Below are positions 37,230 through 46,733 of a stretch of DNA of 64,000 bases, piece by piece; position 1 is the first letter of the stretch; each line of letters opens with the position of its first letter. Under the pieces are notes generated by a model, which did no database searches, was not told the origin of the DNA, and worked only from the letters and a program-made list of their open reading frames with translations. This DNA is from Aulosira sp. ZfuVER01. Its GTDB lineage: Bacteria > Cyanobacteriota > Cyanobacteriia > Cyanobacteriales > Nostocaceae. The translations under genes and the position numbers were made by a program. Where the stretch lies: contig JAVRCV020000041.1 of NCBI GenBank assembly GCA_034530615.2, forward strand, positions 160,001-224,000. Direction: 5' to 3'.

Positions 37230-37318
37230 TTTTTCTAAGATATGAGATTTGCGATTCTGCCAGGTATAATACCGGGCAATATAGATTCTGATTTTAAATT
37301 AACAAACATCATAGAAAA

Positions 37319-37903
37319 TCAAGTGGGGTTCTCGCTCGCCGGATGAGGGCAATTTCCGCACTCCCGCAATTGGGAAAAGCGAATTAGGCAGTCTAGACCT
37401 TCTTCTAAGTTTGGCGGGGCATCTCGGAGTTGACAATGCATTCTCAAGATGATTTCTTCAGGAACCTGGCGATCGCGTTTTTGATTACGTGCCAAACACA
37501 GCCACAATGGAGTATCTGCCCAAATCCCAATAATTTGGCTAAAACCCAAGTCGCGTGCTAGGGCAATGATCTCCCGACGATAGCCACGCTGGGCGTTAGT
37601 AGCGTCGTAAATCGTTGTTTTCCCTAGGATAGTAGCCTGCTGTAGTTGCCGCTGAATTTCCTGCCAAATGAGCAGCCACGACCCTTGAATCTCTTCATCG
37701 CCAAACAGAAGCCCCCGAATCGCATCTGTAGAAATCAGCAGCATTTGGGGGCATTTTGTCGCTAGTTTTTTTGCCCAGGTTGACTTACCACTCCCAGGAA
37801 GACCAATCATTAATAAAAGTGCTGAGTTGTGAGTAGCGAATGCTGAGTTGGGAATTAAGAGTGAAGAGTGATTAAAAGTTTTACTCATAAACTCAAAACT
37901 CAT
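37319..37903 (-). CDS. AAA_33 / predicted P-loop kinase
   Basis: GLPGSGKST, STDAIR, YDATN and RDRQVPEEII. The start is uncertain because the N-terminus overlaps STRR-like sequence. Confidence 0.82.
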   Translation of the reverse strand: MSFEFMSKTFNHSSLLIPNSAFATHNSALLLMIGLPGSGKSTWAKKLATKCPQMLLISTDAIRGLLFGDEEIQGSWLLIWQEIQRQLQQATILGKTTIYDATNAQRGYRREIIALARDLGFSQIIGIWADTPLWLCLARNQKRDRQVPEEIILRMHCQLRDAPPNLEEGLDCLIRFSQLRECGNCPHPASENPT

Positions 37904-37929
37904 AACTCAGCACTCAGCACTCAGCACTG

Positions 37930-39219
37930 TTAAATAATTGTTCCATCGGGAATGACAGCATTTTTTAACACAACCACAATACCACTGCGGATATAGAATC
38001 CCTGACTTTCGCGATCGGCTTCTTGTACGTTGTCTTTATTGATAATTTTCACATCTCGACCGATGCGGGCGTTTTTATCAATAATTGCGCGCCGAATAAT
38101 GGTATCTGCACAAATGCCGACAGAAACCTCATCTTTTCCTATATTACACTGACGTTCAACAGAAGCTTGGTAATAGTCGGCACCCATAATTAGGGATTCT
38201 TCGATGATACTGCCAGATTCAACACGCGATCGCACTCCTAACACCGAGTGTTGAATGCGGCAATTTTTCAGAATACAACCTTCACCAATGATTGATTGGG
38301 TGATATTACAATCTAAAAGCTTAGTCGGAGGTAAGTAACGAGCGCGGGTATAAATTGGCGCTTCTTCGTCATAAAAGCTAAAGGGTGGTTGGGGTTGTTG
38401 AGTCAGCGCTAAGTTGGCATTATAAAACGCTTCGATGGTTCCAATATCTTCCCAGTAACCATCAAATAAGTAGGCTTGAACGTTGTAATCTTTAGCAGCA
38501 TCAGGAATGATTTCTTTACCAAAATCCGTACTTTCTAAAGATTCTCGCAATAACTTGATCAAAACATCTTTCTTAAAGACATAAATCCCCATCGAAGCGA
38601 TGTAGGGTTGGAGTTGAGCTTGTTCTTTGCTCAATCCGAGTATGGTGGTATCAACGCGCATTTGCGCTAAAGCTTCACCTTTAGGTTTTTCGCTAAAGTC
38701 AACCACCCTACCGGATTCATCAATTTTCATCAAGCCAAAATCGGAGGCGCGGCGATCGTCAATAGGAATAACTGACAAAGTAATATCCGCACCTGTTTCT
38801 CTATGGCGTTGGATAAACTCGCGGTAATCCATCCGATAAAGGTGATCCCCTGATAGAATCAAATATTCCTCTGCGTCCCATTCCTCCAATAGCCAGATGT
38901 ACTGACGCACGGCATCAGCTGTACCTTGGAACCAATTGGGGTTTTCTGGGGTTTGTTGTGCTGCCAAGACTTCAACAAAGCCTTCGCTGAAACCACTAAA
39001 ATTGTAGGCACGAGCAATGTGGCGGTTCAGAGACGCTGAGTTGAATTGTGTCAGGACGTAGATTTTAAATATTTCAGAATTTATGCAGTTGCTGACAGGG
39101 ATATCGATTAAGCGGTACTTTCCTGCAACTGGTACGGCGGGTTTTGCCCGTAGTTTCGTTAGCGGGTAAAGGCGAGTACCTGCACCACCACCAAGAATGA
39201 TTGCTAAAACTTTTTTCAC
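37930..39219 (-). CDS. glgC: Glucose-1-phosphate adenylyltransferase (ADP-glucose pyrophosphorylase)
   Basis: [38 protein letters not shown] and YWEDIGT. Confidence 0.97.
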   Translation of the reverse strand: MKKVLAIILGGGAGTRLYPLTKLRAKPAVPVAGKYRLIDIPVSNCINSEIFKIYVLTQFNSASLNRHIARAYNFSGFSEGFVEVLAAQQTPENPNWFQGTADAVRQYIWLLEEWDAEEYLILSGDHLYRMDYREFIQRHRETGADITLSVIPIDDRRASDFGLMKIDESGRVVDFSEKPKGEALAQMRVDTTILGLSKEQAQLQPYIASMGIYVFKKDVLIKLLRESLESTDFGKEIIPDAAKDYNVQAYLFDGYWEDIGTIEAFYNANLALTQQPQPPFSFYDEEAPIYTRARYLPPTKLLDCNITQSIIGEGCILKNCRIQHSVLGVRSRVESGSIIEESLIMGADYYQASVERQCNIGKDEVSVGICADTIIRRAIIDKNARIGRDVKIINKDNVQEADRESQGFYIRSGIVVVLKNAVIPDGTII

Positions 39220-39661
39220 AAAATGTCTCCCGACTCCCTTTCAACTCTCACCTTCAGTTTAGGACTGTATGTGGCAGCTGATAAGGGGGGATCGCAGATT
39301 CTGCTTAGTGAATTTTACAGAATGCTGCCGGTAATCAATGTCGCTGCCAATAACTACAGCCTTAAGAATTGTGTATTATCCAGCACTTAATAAATTGCAG
39401 CTATCGCTACACTGGTTTGACAATTAACCAATCTATTAAATGTAAAATCTCAGCTTTTTTTAACAAAACAGAATTTTGTAGACAGTACCACATACTGTTA
39501 CTCAGGTTATACAAACAACAAGATAGATACTTATAAAATTAAGAATAATTGTCAAATTCTGTTCACAAGTTTTTACTTGCTGGCTGTCAACCCTCGCTTA
39601 CAGTTTTGGGCAAAGTAAATTTGAGATTGTGGTTACACCAGAGACGCGATCGCCAAATATA

Positions 39662-39967
39662 TTAAACACTCAATTTACGAAAATTTAACCTTGTATTAAC
39701 CAAATGCAATTTCTGCGATAACTTAAGATATTGCACCCAAGGTTGCTCAGATAACTGGGCAATAGCATTTGCAGAAAGGTTTGCGGTAAAAACATCCTTT
39801 CCCTCAGCGATCCCACTGATACCTAAATTTTCTAGCACAGCAGTAGCAGTCGAGTCTATAACAGGTTCAGTATGGATAAAAACTGTCAAACTCGGTGTTT
39901 CTGGATCTTGTACTTCATTGAGTGCTGTCGCCAGTGCTGCGTCTAGCTTCTGATAATTCATAAGCAA
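39662..39967 (-). CDS. Small hypothetical protein, possibly subtilase-propeptide/I9-like fold
   Basis: Plausible 99-101 aa ORF with AAGGA RBS. The pattern KLDAAL..VFTANLS..IAQLSEQPWVQYL recalls S8 propeptides (inference). Confidence 0.65.
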   Translation of the reverse strand: MLMNYQKLDAALATALNEVQDPETPSLTVFIHTEPVIDSTATAVLENLGISGIAEGKDVFTANLSANAIAQLSEQPWVQYLKLSQKLHLVNTRLNFRKLSV

Positions 39968-40061
39968 TTCCTTGGTGAGCGGGGCAAATATTGTTAACCT
40001 ACCCTATCACCAAGCTATCAAATTTATCAGATCTTATTACCTATCTTGATACAGAGGTAAT

Positions 40062-40325
40062 TTACAGGTGTCTACCTCTAATTACAGATTTTGGATTTTG
40101 ATTTGGGAAGTTTGTGAGAACTTTTACAGTTGAATTTTCACTCCAAATAACTGGAAACAGACATCTTGGGCTTTTACGACCACCTTTAGGACAGTCACGA
40201 TCGCAAAATTCTATTAGGTTCATTGATTTGGAACTTGCTTGGGCATCATTTTTATTCCCAAATTTTTTGCCTATTTCTGAAAAATCTTCTGATATTGCAG
40301 TTAATAAAATGAACTCCATATCCAT
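40062..40325 (-). CDS. Small hypothetical Cys-containing protein (87 aa)
   Basis: Strong RBS (GGAAAGGA) upstream of the ATG, co-directional and downstream of the WD40 genes. No family recognised. Confidence 0.45.
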   Translation of the reverse strand: MDMEFILLTAISEDFSEIGKKFGNKNDAQASSKSMNLIEFCDRDCPKGGRKSPRCLFPVIWSENSTVKVLTNFPNQNPKSVIRGRHL

Positions 40326-40454
40326 TAATTCCTTTCCATCAAAATACTTGTTGTTTCAGTATATGCTTAATACTTTCAATTCCAAAAATTTGACTCCTAT
40401 CTATAAATTGTATATTTCAATTTGGGTATTTTAAATTATAAAATTTTTATTAAT

Positions 40455-41729
40455 TTATAAATTTTTAAATAAATCTATAAAATCACTAACAGTATCTTTC
40501 ATCTTTACTCCTAGGATTTTATTTGGAGAGTTATCTAAAACATTATTTAAGATATCAATAATTGCTAATCCTTTCATACTTATTAAATAATCATAGGCAT
40601 CTGTTGATAGTCTTTCTATAAGTGCTTCTTTACTCTCACCCATGTGTATAGTATCCCAAATTCTCACATTTTTATCGTCACCGCCAGAAGCGATAAATTT
40701 ACCATCATAGCTAAAACTAACGCTATTGATTTGGACTCCATGCCAAAATTCTGCAATTGGTTGTGAATTTTCATAATCTGGATTGGTGGTACTCCAAACT
40801 CTAACAAATCCATCTTTACTACCAGAGACAAGCATATTAGCATCAGCATTAAAACTGACTCCAAAAACTGCATCTTTATGTAGACAATTTTTAATAACCT
40901 GCTCTGTAGTTATATCCCATATCCGTACACGTTTATCTTTATAAGCTGCACCGATCATCTGACCATTTGAACTAAATTTAACATCATAGACTGCATTTTC
41001 TGTGTCTTCTAAATTTTCAGATTTATCTACTAAAGATTTTAGAAATTTCTTATCAGCAACATTCCAAATTTTTATTTCACTATTTCCACCAGCAGAAGCA
41101 ATTTTAGTACCATCATGACTAAAACATACTCCATAAACTTTAGGATCGTGCTGGCCAATCTCTATAAATTCATGCCGATTATCATCTAAAAGCTGCCAAA
41201 GTCTTACTCTATTATCCCAGTTAGCTGATGTAATTAACTTACTATCAGGACTGAACATCAGCTTTAAAGCTATTTGTTCTTCATCATCTGCTTCTGGCAT
41301 AATTGTTATATCAACACTATTACCATTTATGCTTTTTATTTTGATGATTCCGTCAGCATCACCCGAAGCAATCAATTCACCATCGTAACTAAAATTAACA
41401 GCCCAAACCGGACTATCATGTTTAATCTGCAAATTTTCAATAATTTTCCAGGAAGTTGGTAAAAAAATGTCGTCTTTTTGCTTGCGCCAAACTTTGACAG
41501 TTTTATCTACACTTGCAGATGCAATCATACTCCCATCATAGCTGACTCTTACATCATTTACATTCCCATCATGTGCGGGAACTTCACCATTTTCTCTTGG
41601 TAAGCGCCGACCATATTTACCTTCATATATCATTTCCTGAATATAATAAACAGCATTCGGATTTTGTTCAATTATATATTTAATTAATTCGTACAAAATT
41701 TTTTGGAATTCACTGTTGCGCTGTATCAT
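40455..41729 (-). CDS. Stand-alone WD40 beta-propeller protein (about 7 blades)
   Basis: Repeats of H..V..V.FS.DG..IAS...D..V..W in AT-rich sequence. Confidence 0.9.
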   Translation of the reverse strand: MIQRNSEFQKILYELIKYIIEQNPNAVYYIQEMIYEGKYGRRLPRENGEVPAHDGNVNDVRVSYDGSMIASASVDKTVKVWRKQKDDIFLPTSWKIIENLQIKHDSPVWAVNFSYDGELIASGDADGIIKIKSINGNSVDITIMPEADDEEQIALKLMFSPDSKLITSANWDNRVRLWQLLDDNRHEFIEIGQHDPKVYGVCFSHDGTKIASAGGNSEIKIWNVADKKFLKSLVDKSENLEDTENAVYDVKFSSNGQMIGAAYKDKRVRIWDITTEQVIKNCLHKDAVFGVSFNADANMLVSGSKDGFVRVWSTTNPDYENSQPIAEFWHGVQINSVSFSYDGKFIASGGDDKNVRIWDTIHMGESKEALIERLSTDAYDYLISMKGLAIIDILNNVLDNSPNKILGVKMKDTVSDFIDLFKNL

Positions 41730-41773
41730 AGTTTTGTTTTTATATCAAAATATTTTTGTTACAAAAAAATACG

Positions 41774-44700
41774 TCACATCAAACCATCACAAATATGTTT
41801 ATCTTCTTGTGAAATTTGCAAGTTAGTATTTAAATAATCATGCAAATAACTACAACTTATTTTCAACAGATTGTTTATTGAATTAGTATCTTTGGTGTTG
41901 ATACTTGGACTGACACTCCAAATTCTCACAAGTTTGTTATCAGCCGAGACTATTATTTGCTCTTTAGGACTAAAATAAACACTGTTTACAGTATCATTAT
42001 GCCAAAACTGCCATAATATCTTGTTATCAGGAATGCTCCAAATACTGACAGTTTTATCTTTACTGGCAGCAGCTACCATTTTACTATCTGGACTAAAACT
42101 GACTCCATAAACTGTATCTTTGTGAAGAAAATCTCTGATTAATTTACCATTAGTAACATTCCAAATTTTCACACTTTTATCCTTACTGGCAGAAGCTAGC
42201 ATGGTATCATCTGGACTAAAACTGACTCCATAAACTGTATCTTTATGTTTCGCTAAATCATTGATTATTTTCTTATTGGCAAGATTCCAAACTTTGATAC
42301 GCTTATCTTCACCTGCTGAAGCAATTTTTTGACTATTTTTGTTAAAACTTACTCCCTGAACAATAGCACCATGAGGTAATTTATGAATTAATTGTGCGTC
42401 TGCAACTCTCCAAATTCTGACATCATTATCAAAGTTAGCAGCTGCAATAGTTTTATCGTCATGACTAAAACTCAGTTTCAAAACACTTCTATTGTCTTTT
42501 TTGAGATCCTTTTGTGGAATTGTTGTTTTTAGGCTACCGTCTTTACTGTTCCAAATTCTGATGACTCCATCACCATCACCGGTGGCTATTAATTTACCAT
42601 CATGACTAAAACTCACAGTCCAAACTGGATAGTTGTGTTGTAGAGGCTCTGTAAATTGTTTACCTTCCCTAGTCCATAGCCTGACAGTTTGATCGGCACT
42701 AGCAGAGGCAATCATTTTACCATCAGGGCTAATGCTAACATCATTAACTCTATCAGTATGTCCTGCTAGGCGATTACGTTCTTGAGATTGATAAATGATG
42801 CTTTGGAGACTAGTAAGCGCATACTGCTGTTTTCCACCAATTTCTTTTAATTTTTTCAGTGCTTTTACACTTTCTATTAGTGCTTCAAGTTGATAGTGAA
42901 CTGTAAATAATTGTTGTGGTTTAGCAATTAAAACTTCCACAACAGCTTTTTCACGTTGTTCTGCTTGTTGCTTCAATCCAATCGCTAAAACAGTAACTAC
43001 TAATAATCCAGCAACTACTAACGACAGCCACCAATTTTTTTGTTTTTCAGCGTGAACTCTATTTCGCGCTTCCTGAGTTTTTTCAGCTTCAGCTTTGGCT
43101 CTTGTCTCTGCTTCTTGTTGACGATATTCTGCTAGTTCTCTGAGTAGCCGTTCTTGGTCTAATTGTGATTGTATTTCTCTATCTTTTTTTGCCAAACTCT
43201 TATCTAAAAACTCAGCTTCCTGTGGTGTCAGTCTTGGCTGAGTTCTCTCTACCCACTCAGCAATTATTGCCAGCTTTGCACCAGTCAATAGAGCATCATC
43301 CGATTTATTAAATCTTTGTTGCCATTCGTGGCAATCTTCATCTAAGGAGCGACTTAGACGAATATTCTCTTGATTTTCAGCAATCCAACTATTGAGTAAT
43401 TTCCATTCAGATAAAAGTGCTTCATGAGCTACCTCTACTGTATTAGCATCAGTAATAATCAAGCGTTGTTGGGAACCCGCTAGTAATCCCACAACTCGTT
43501 GCATTTGTGGTTGTGAATCTGCAACTGCTTCTAATCTCTCCCAGCTAGCACGCCGTCGAGTTACTTCCCCAGCTTCACCTAACTGCACCAATTCCATAAA
43601 CAGGCGACGTACAAATGCTTGATCTAAGCTAGTTAAACTTTGATACAAAATTGTAGCTCGCTTATCTAAAGCTCCTTTAACTCCACCAATTTCTTCATAG
43701 CCTTTATGAGTTAAAAGTGGTTCTGGAAATTCAGGTTTTTCAATACAAACTCGCCACAACTCTTTAAGTGCGTATTGCAGTATAGGTAATGCACCCGGAC
43801 GATTAATAACATCGGCAGCAATTTGTGAGACTAAACTATTTTCAAAAGTCACACCATGTAAATTTGCCGGTTTTTCAATTGCTTCCTCTAAATCGGTAAA
43901 AGACATTGGCGTGACAATGAACGATGTGGGAGGAACACTATTAATTAGATCAGCTATTTCTAAATAGTCAGCACATCTATTTAAAAAATCACCACGAATT
44001 GTGAGAATTATCCGTGTTTGTCGTTCATTAGTTTTAACTTCCTCTACTACTAATTTAATAAAAGCTTTGCGTTCTGCTTCATCTTGACAGAGAGTAAATA
44101 TTTCTTCAAATTGATCGATAAACAACAGATAGAGTTTATTTTGCTGCTGTTGTTGAGTTAGAACTTCAACAAGTTTGCCTAGGGGATTTTCTCCAGGGGT
44201 AAAAGATGCAATTTCCCATTGACTACTTCCAGGGAGGCGAGCGCTTTTTAGTTGCGGTAACAATCCTGCTTTCACTAAGGACGATTTGCCACTACCTGAA
44301 TAGCCGATGACAGCTAGAAAACGACTCTCTGCTAAACGCGCAATTAGAGTACGAACTGCTTGCTCTCGTCCACAAAAATATTGTGCTTGTTCTAATTCAA
44401 AAGCATAAAGTCCTCGATAAGGGTTTTCACGATTGAAAGCTGATGTTTCTTCTGTGGGAATATCTGAACGAGGATATGTCACCAGAGTTATCGAACGTCC
44501 CCAACCCATGCGAATCGGTTCCTGTACTGAACCTTTAAGTTCGTTACTGACAAAATCAAACAAGCGATCGCCACTAATTCGCTGACTGCTACTCGCATTT
44601 TCCGGTGCTAATCCCTTAATAACTGCACCTGTGAAAATGCTATATTCTTCACTTTTAATTACGCCTGCTAGTTCAAAACCACGACAAGCTGTAATTAAGT

Positions 44701-45235
44701 AATAATCCTTCTGCGAACTGAAAGTAGTCAAAGTACGTTCTACCAACTGTCTTTCTAAGAAATAGCCGCTATGACAGCAATCCAGTAGCATCACCAAACT
44801 ACTCAATTGCGAATCTCTAATTAGTTCGTTGAGGCTATCTAAGGGAATGGCATATTTTTGTTCGACAATCTGGTTGTTTGCAACTTCAATCTGACAATCA
44901 GAAGTTGCTAAATATCCTTTTTGCTGTCCTAAATTGTCCGATATCGTAAAACCATGTCCACTAAAATAAATTAGCGCTTCATTTTTAGTAGCTTGTTCTA
45001 GTAAGAATGTTCTCAGTTCTTGACCAATTTGAGCGCCAGTCAACTTTGATGCTGCTATTTCATAACCGTTTTTGTCTTTGTTCCAGCGTTGCGGTAGCCT
45101 TTGAACTGACTGAAAATCACCATACTTTTCTAGTAATTGCGCTACGGCTTCAGCATCATTTGTGGTCTTTGACAAACGGGGTAATGAAGGGCTTTGATAC
45201 TCCCCAATGCCAATAACAAGCGCGTATCGTGCCAT
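41774..45235 (-). CDS. Caspase (peptidase C14) - nSTAND1 NTPase - TM - WD40 protein
   Basis: YALVIGI, FSGHG and LDCCHSG give an intact His/Cys dyad. Also NPYRGL, Walker A GYSGSGKSS, Walker B LFIDQFEE, PGALPILQYAL, VEVAHEAL, hydrophobic WWLSLVVAGLLVVTVLAIGL and about 7 WD40 blades. Confidence 0.92.
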   Translation of the reverse strand: MARYALVIGIGEYQSPSLPRLSKTTNDAEAVAQLLEKYGDFQSVQRLPQRWNKDKNGYEIAASKLTGAQIGQELRTFLLEQATKNEALIYFSGHGFTISDNLGQQKGYLATSDCQIEVANNQIVEQKYAIPLDSLNELIRDSQLSSLVMLLDCCHSGYFLERQLVERTLTTFSSQKDYYLITACRGFELAGVIKSEEYSIFTGAVIKGLAPENASSSQRISGDRLFDFVSNELKGSVQEPIRMGWGRSITLVTYPRSDIPTEETSAFNRENPYRGLYAFELEQAQYFCGREQAVRTLIARLAESRFLAVIGYSGSGKSSLVKAGLLPQLKSARLPGSSQWEIASFTPGENPLGKLVEVLTQQQQQNKLYLLFIDQFEEIFTLCQDEAERKAFIKLVVEEVKTNERQTRIILTIRGDFLNRCADYLEIADLINSVPPTSFIVTPMSFTDLEEAIEKPANLHGVTFENSLVSQIAADVINRPGALPILQYALKELWRVCIEKPEFPEPLLTHKGYEEIGGVKGALDKRATILYQSLTSLDQAFVRRLFMELVQLGEAGEVTRRRASWERLEAVADSQPQMQRVVGLLAGSQQRLIITDANTVEVAHEALLSEWKLLNSWIAENQENIRLSRSLDEDCHEWQQRFNKSDDALLTGAKLAIIAEWVERTQPRLTPQEAEFLDKSLAKKDREIQSQLDQERLLRELAEYRQQEAETRAKAEAEKTQEARNRVHAEKQKNWWLSLVVAGLLVVTVLAIGLKQQAEQREKAVVEVLIAKPQQLFTVHYQLEALIESVKALKKLKEIGGKQQYALTSLQSIIYQSQERNRLAGHTDRVNDVSISPDGKMIASASADQTVRLWTREGKQFTEPLQHNYPVWTVSFSHDGKLIATGDGDGVIRIWNSKDGSLKTTIPQKDLKKDNRSVLKLSFSHDDKTIAAANFDNDVRIWRVADAQLIHKLPHGAIVQGVSFNKNSQKIASAGEDKRIKVWNLANKKIINDLAKHKDTVYGVSFSPDDTMLASASKDKSVKIWNVTNGKLIRDFLHKDTVYGVSFSPDSKMVAAASKDKTVSIWSIPDNKILWQFWHNDTVNSVYFSPKEQIIVSADNKLVRIWSVSPSINTKDTNSINNLLKISCSYLHDYLNTNLQISQEDKHICDGLM

Positions 45236-45384
45236 CTAATACACCTTGAGTTGGTAAATGCGAGTTAATTTTGACAGGTACACATTGATGGTGGTATTAA
45301 GAAAAACAATACCACAACCAAATTATTCCGCAAGCAGGCTGAAATTTTTCACACACGATACAAAAAGTTTAATTGAGGCAGCCC

Positions 45385-45756
45385 ATGTCAGAAGTGCAGC
45401 GTCTATTTTTTGAAGCGGACGGAGAAATTGACCAGATTGAGATTAATCTCTCAGCAACTGAAACAACTCCGGAAATTGATGAAGAAGATGACGGTATAGA
45501 ATACAAGGATGTACGCACAGATGCGATCGCACGTATGCAACAAGCTCGTCAAATGATTCGTGGCTATACCACGTATGCTCTTAGTGCCTTTAAAGACTTC
45601 AATAGTGCTGAAATTGAGGAAGTAACCCTGAAATTTGGGATTAAGATGGGTGGCAAGGCTGGCATTCCTTACATTACAGAAGGTTCAGCTGAAAGTAATT
45701 TGGAAATTGAAGTGAAGTGCAAATTTCCAGACAAACAAAAACCAATTTCTCAATAG
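45385..45756 (+). CDS. Trypco1 / CU044_2847-like small protein
   Basis: Acidic N-terminus, a helix, then EEVTLKFGIKMGGKAGIPYITEGSAESNLEIEVKC. Divergent from the caspase gene. Confidence 0.78.
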   Translation: MSEVQRLFFEADGEIDQIEINLSATETTPEIDEEDDGIEYKDVRTDAIARMQQARQMIRGYTTYALSAFKDFNSAEIEEVTLKFGIKMGGKAGIPYITEGSAESNLEIEVKCKFPDKQKPISQ

Positions 45757-45829
45757 TAAACACAAGCCTTACCGAATTTTAAATTTTGGATTGAAGATGA
45801 AGGATAAACAAAACAAATACAAATGAGTA

Positions 45830-46702
45830 ATGACCAATGGAAAAATCTATCGTGGTTTATTTGTGGGTTTAGTAACCTTAGATTTCATTTATCTGGCTGA
45901 GTCTGCCCCACAAAATAATCAGAAGATAGTGGCAATTGACTATACTGTAGCAGCAGGTGGCCCGGCGACAAATGCGGCAATCACTTTTAGCCATTTAGGA
46001 AACCAAACCACAGTGTTGGGTGTAGTAGGTTCTCACCCGATGACGCAACTAATTCGCACAGATTTAGCAACTTACAAAGTAGCGATCGCAGATCTTGAGC
46101 CTAACACTACAACATCTGTACCAGTCTCTTCGATTATTGTCACCCAATCTACAGGTGAAAGGGCTGTAGTTTCCATTAATGCAGTTAAAACTCAAGCTAG
46201 TACTGCATCTGTGCCGTCAGATATTTTGCAAAATATTGATATAGTTCTGATTGATGGACATCAGATGGAAGTTGGGATAGCGATCGCTCAAATGGCTAAA
46301 GTTAAGAATATCCCAATTGCAATCGATGGTGGTAGCTGGAAGCCTGGGTTTGAAAAACTCTTACCTTTTGTGGATTACGCTATTTGTTCTAGTAATTTTT
46401 CTCCCCCCAACTGTCACACAGCAGCAGATGTGTTCGCCTATCTCAGTTCTTTGGCAATTCCCCACATCGCCATCACTCATGGAGAACAGCCAATTGAATA
46501 CTTAAGTTGTGGTAATACTGGTATTCTAGATGTGCCGAGCATTTCAGCAGTTGATACACTGGGGGCTGGAGATATTTTTCACGGTGCCTTCTGCCATTAC
46601 ATCTTACAAGCAAGTTTCACTGATGCACTGGCTCAGGCAGCTAAAGTAGCCGCTAAAGCTTGCCAATTTTTCGGCACTCGTCGTTGGATGGATGCACAGT
46701 AG
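45830..46702 (+). CDS. PfkB-family carbohydrate kinase
   Basis: AGGPATNAA and VDTLGAGDIFHG. Confidence 0.92.
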   Translation: MTNGKIYRGLFVGLVTLDFIYLAESAPQNNQKIVAIDYTVAAGGPATNAAITFSHLGNQTTVLGVVGSHPMTQLIRTDLATYKVAIADLEPNTTTSVPVSSIIVTQSTGERAVVSINAVKTQASTASVPSDILQNIDIVLIDGHQMEVGIAIAQMAKVKNIPIAIDGGSWKPGFEKLLPFVDYAICSSNFSPPNCHTAADVFAYLSSLAIPHIAITHGEQPIEYLSCGNTGILDVPSISAVDTLGAGDIFHGAFCHYILQASFTDALAQAAKVAAKACQFFGTRRWMDAQ

Positions 46703-46733
46703 TGATTAAATGTACTACCAGAAGGTTGAATTA

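Noticed and set aside
40455..42900. Diversity-generating retroelement template/variable repeat pair
   Set aside because: No reverse transcriptase is present. The similarity is diverged protein-level paralogy, not adenine-specific mismatching.
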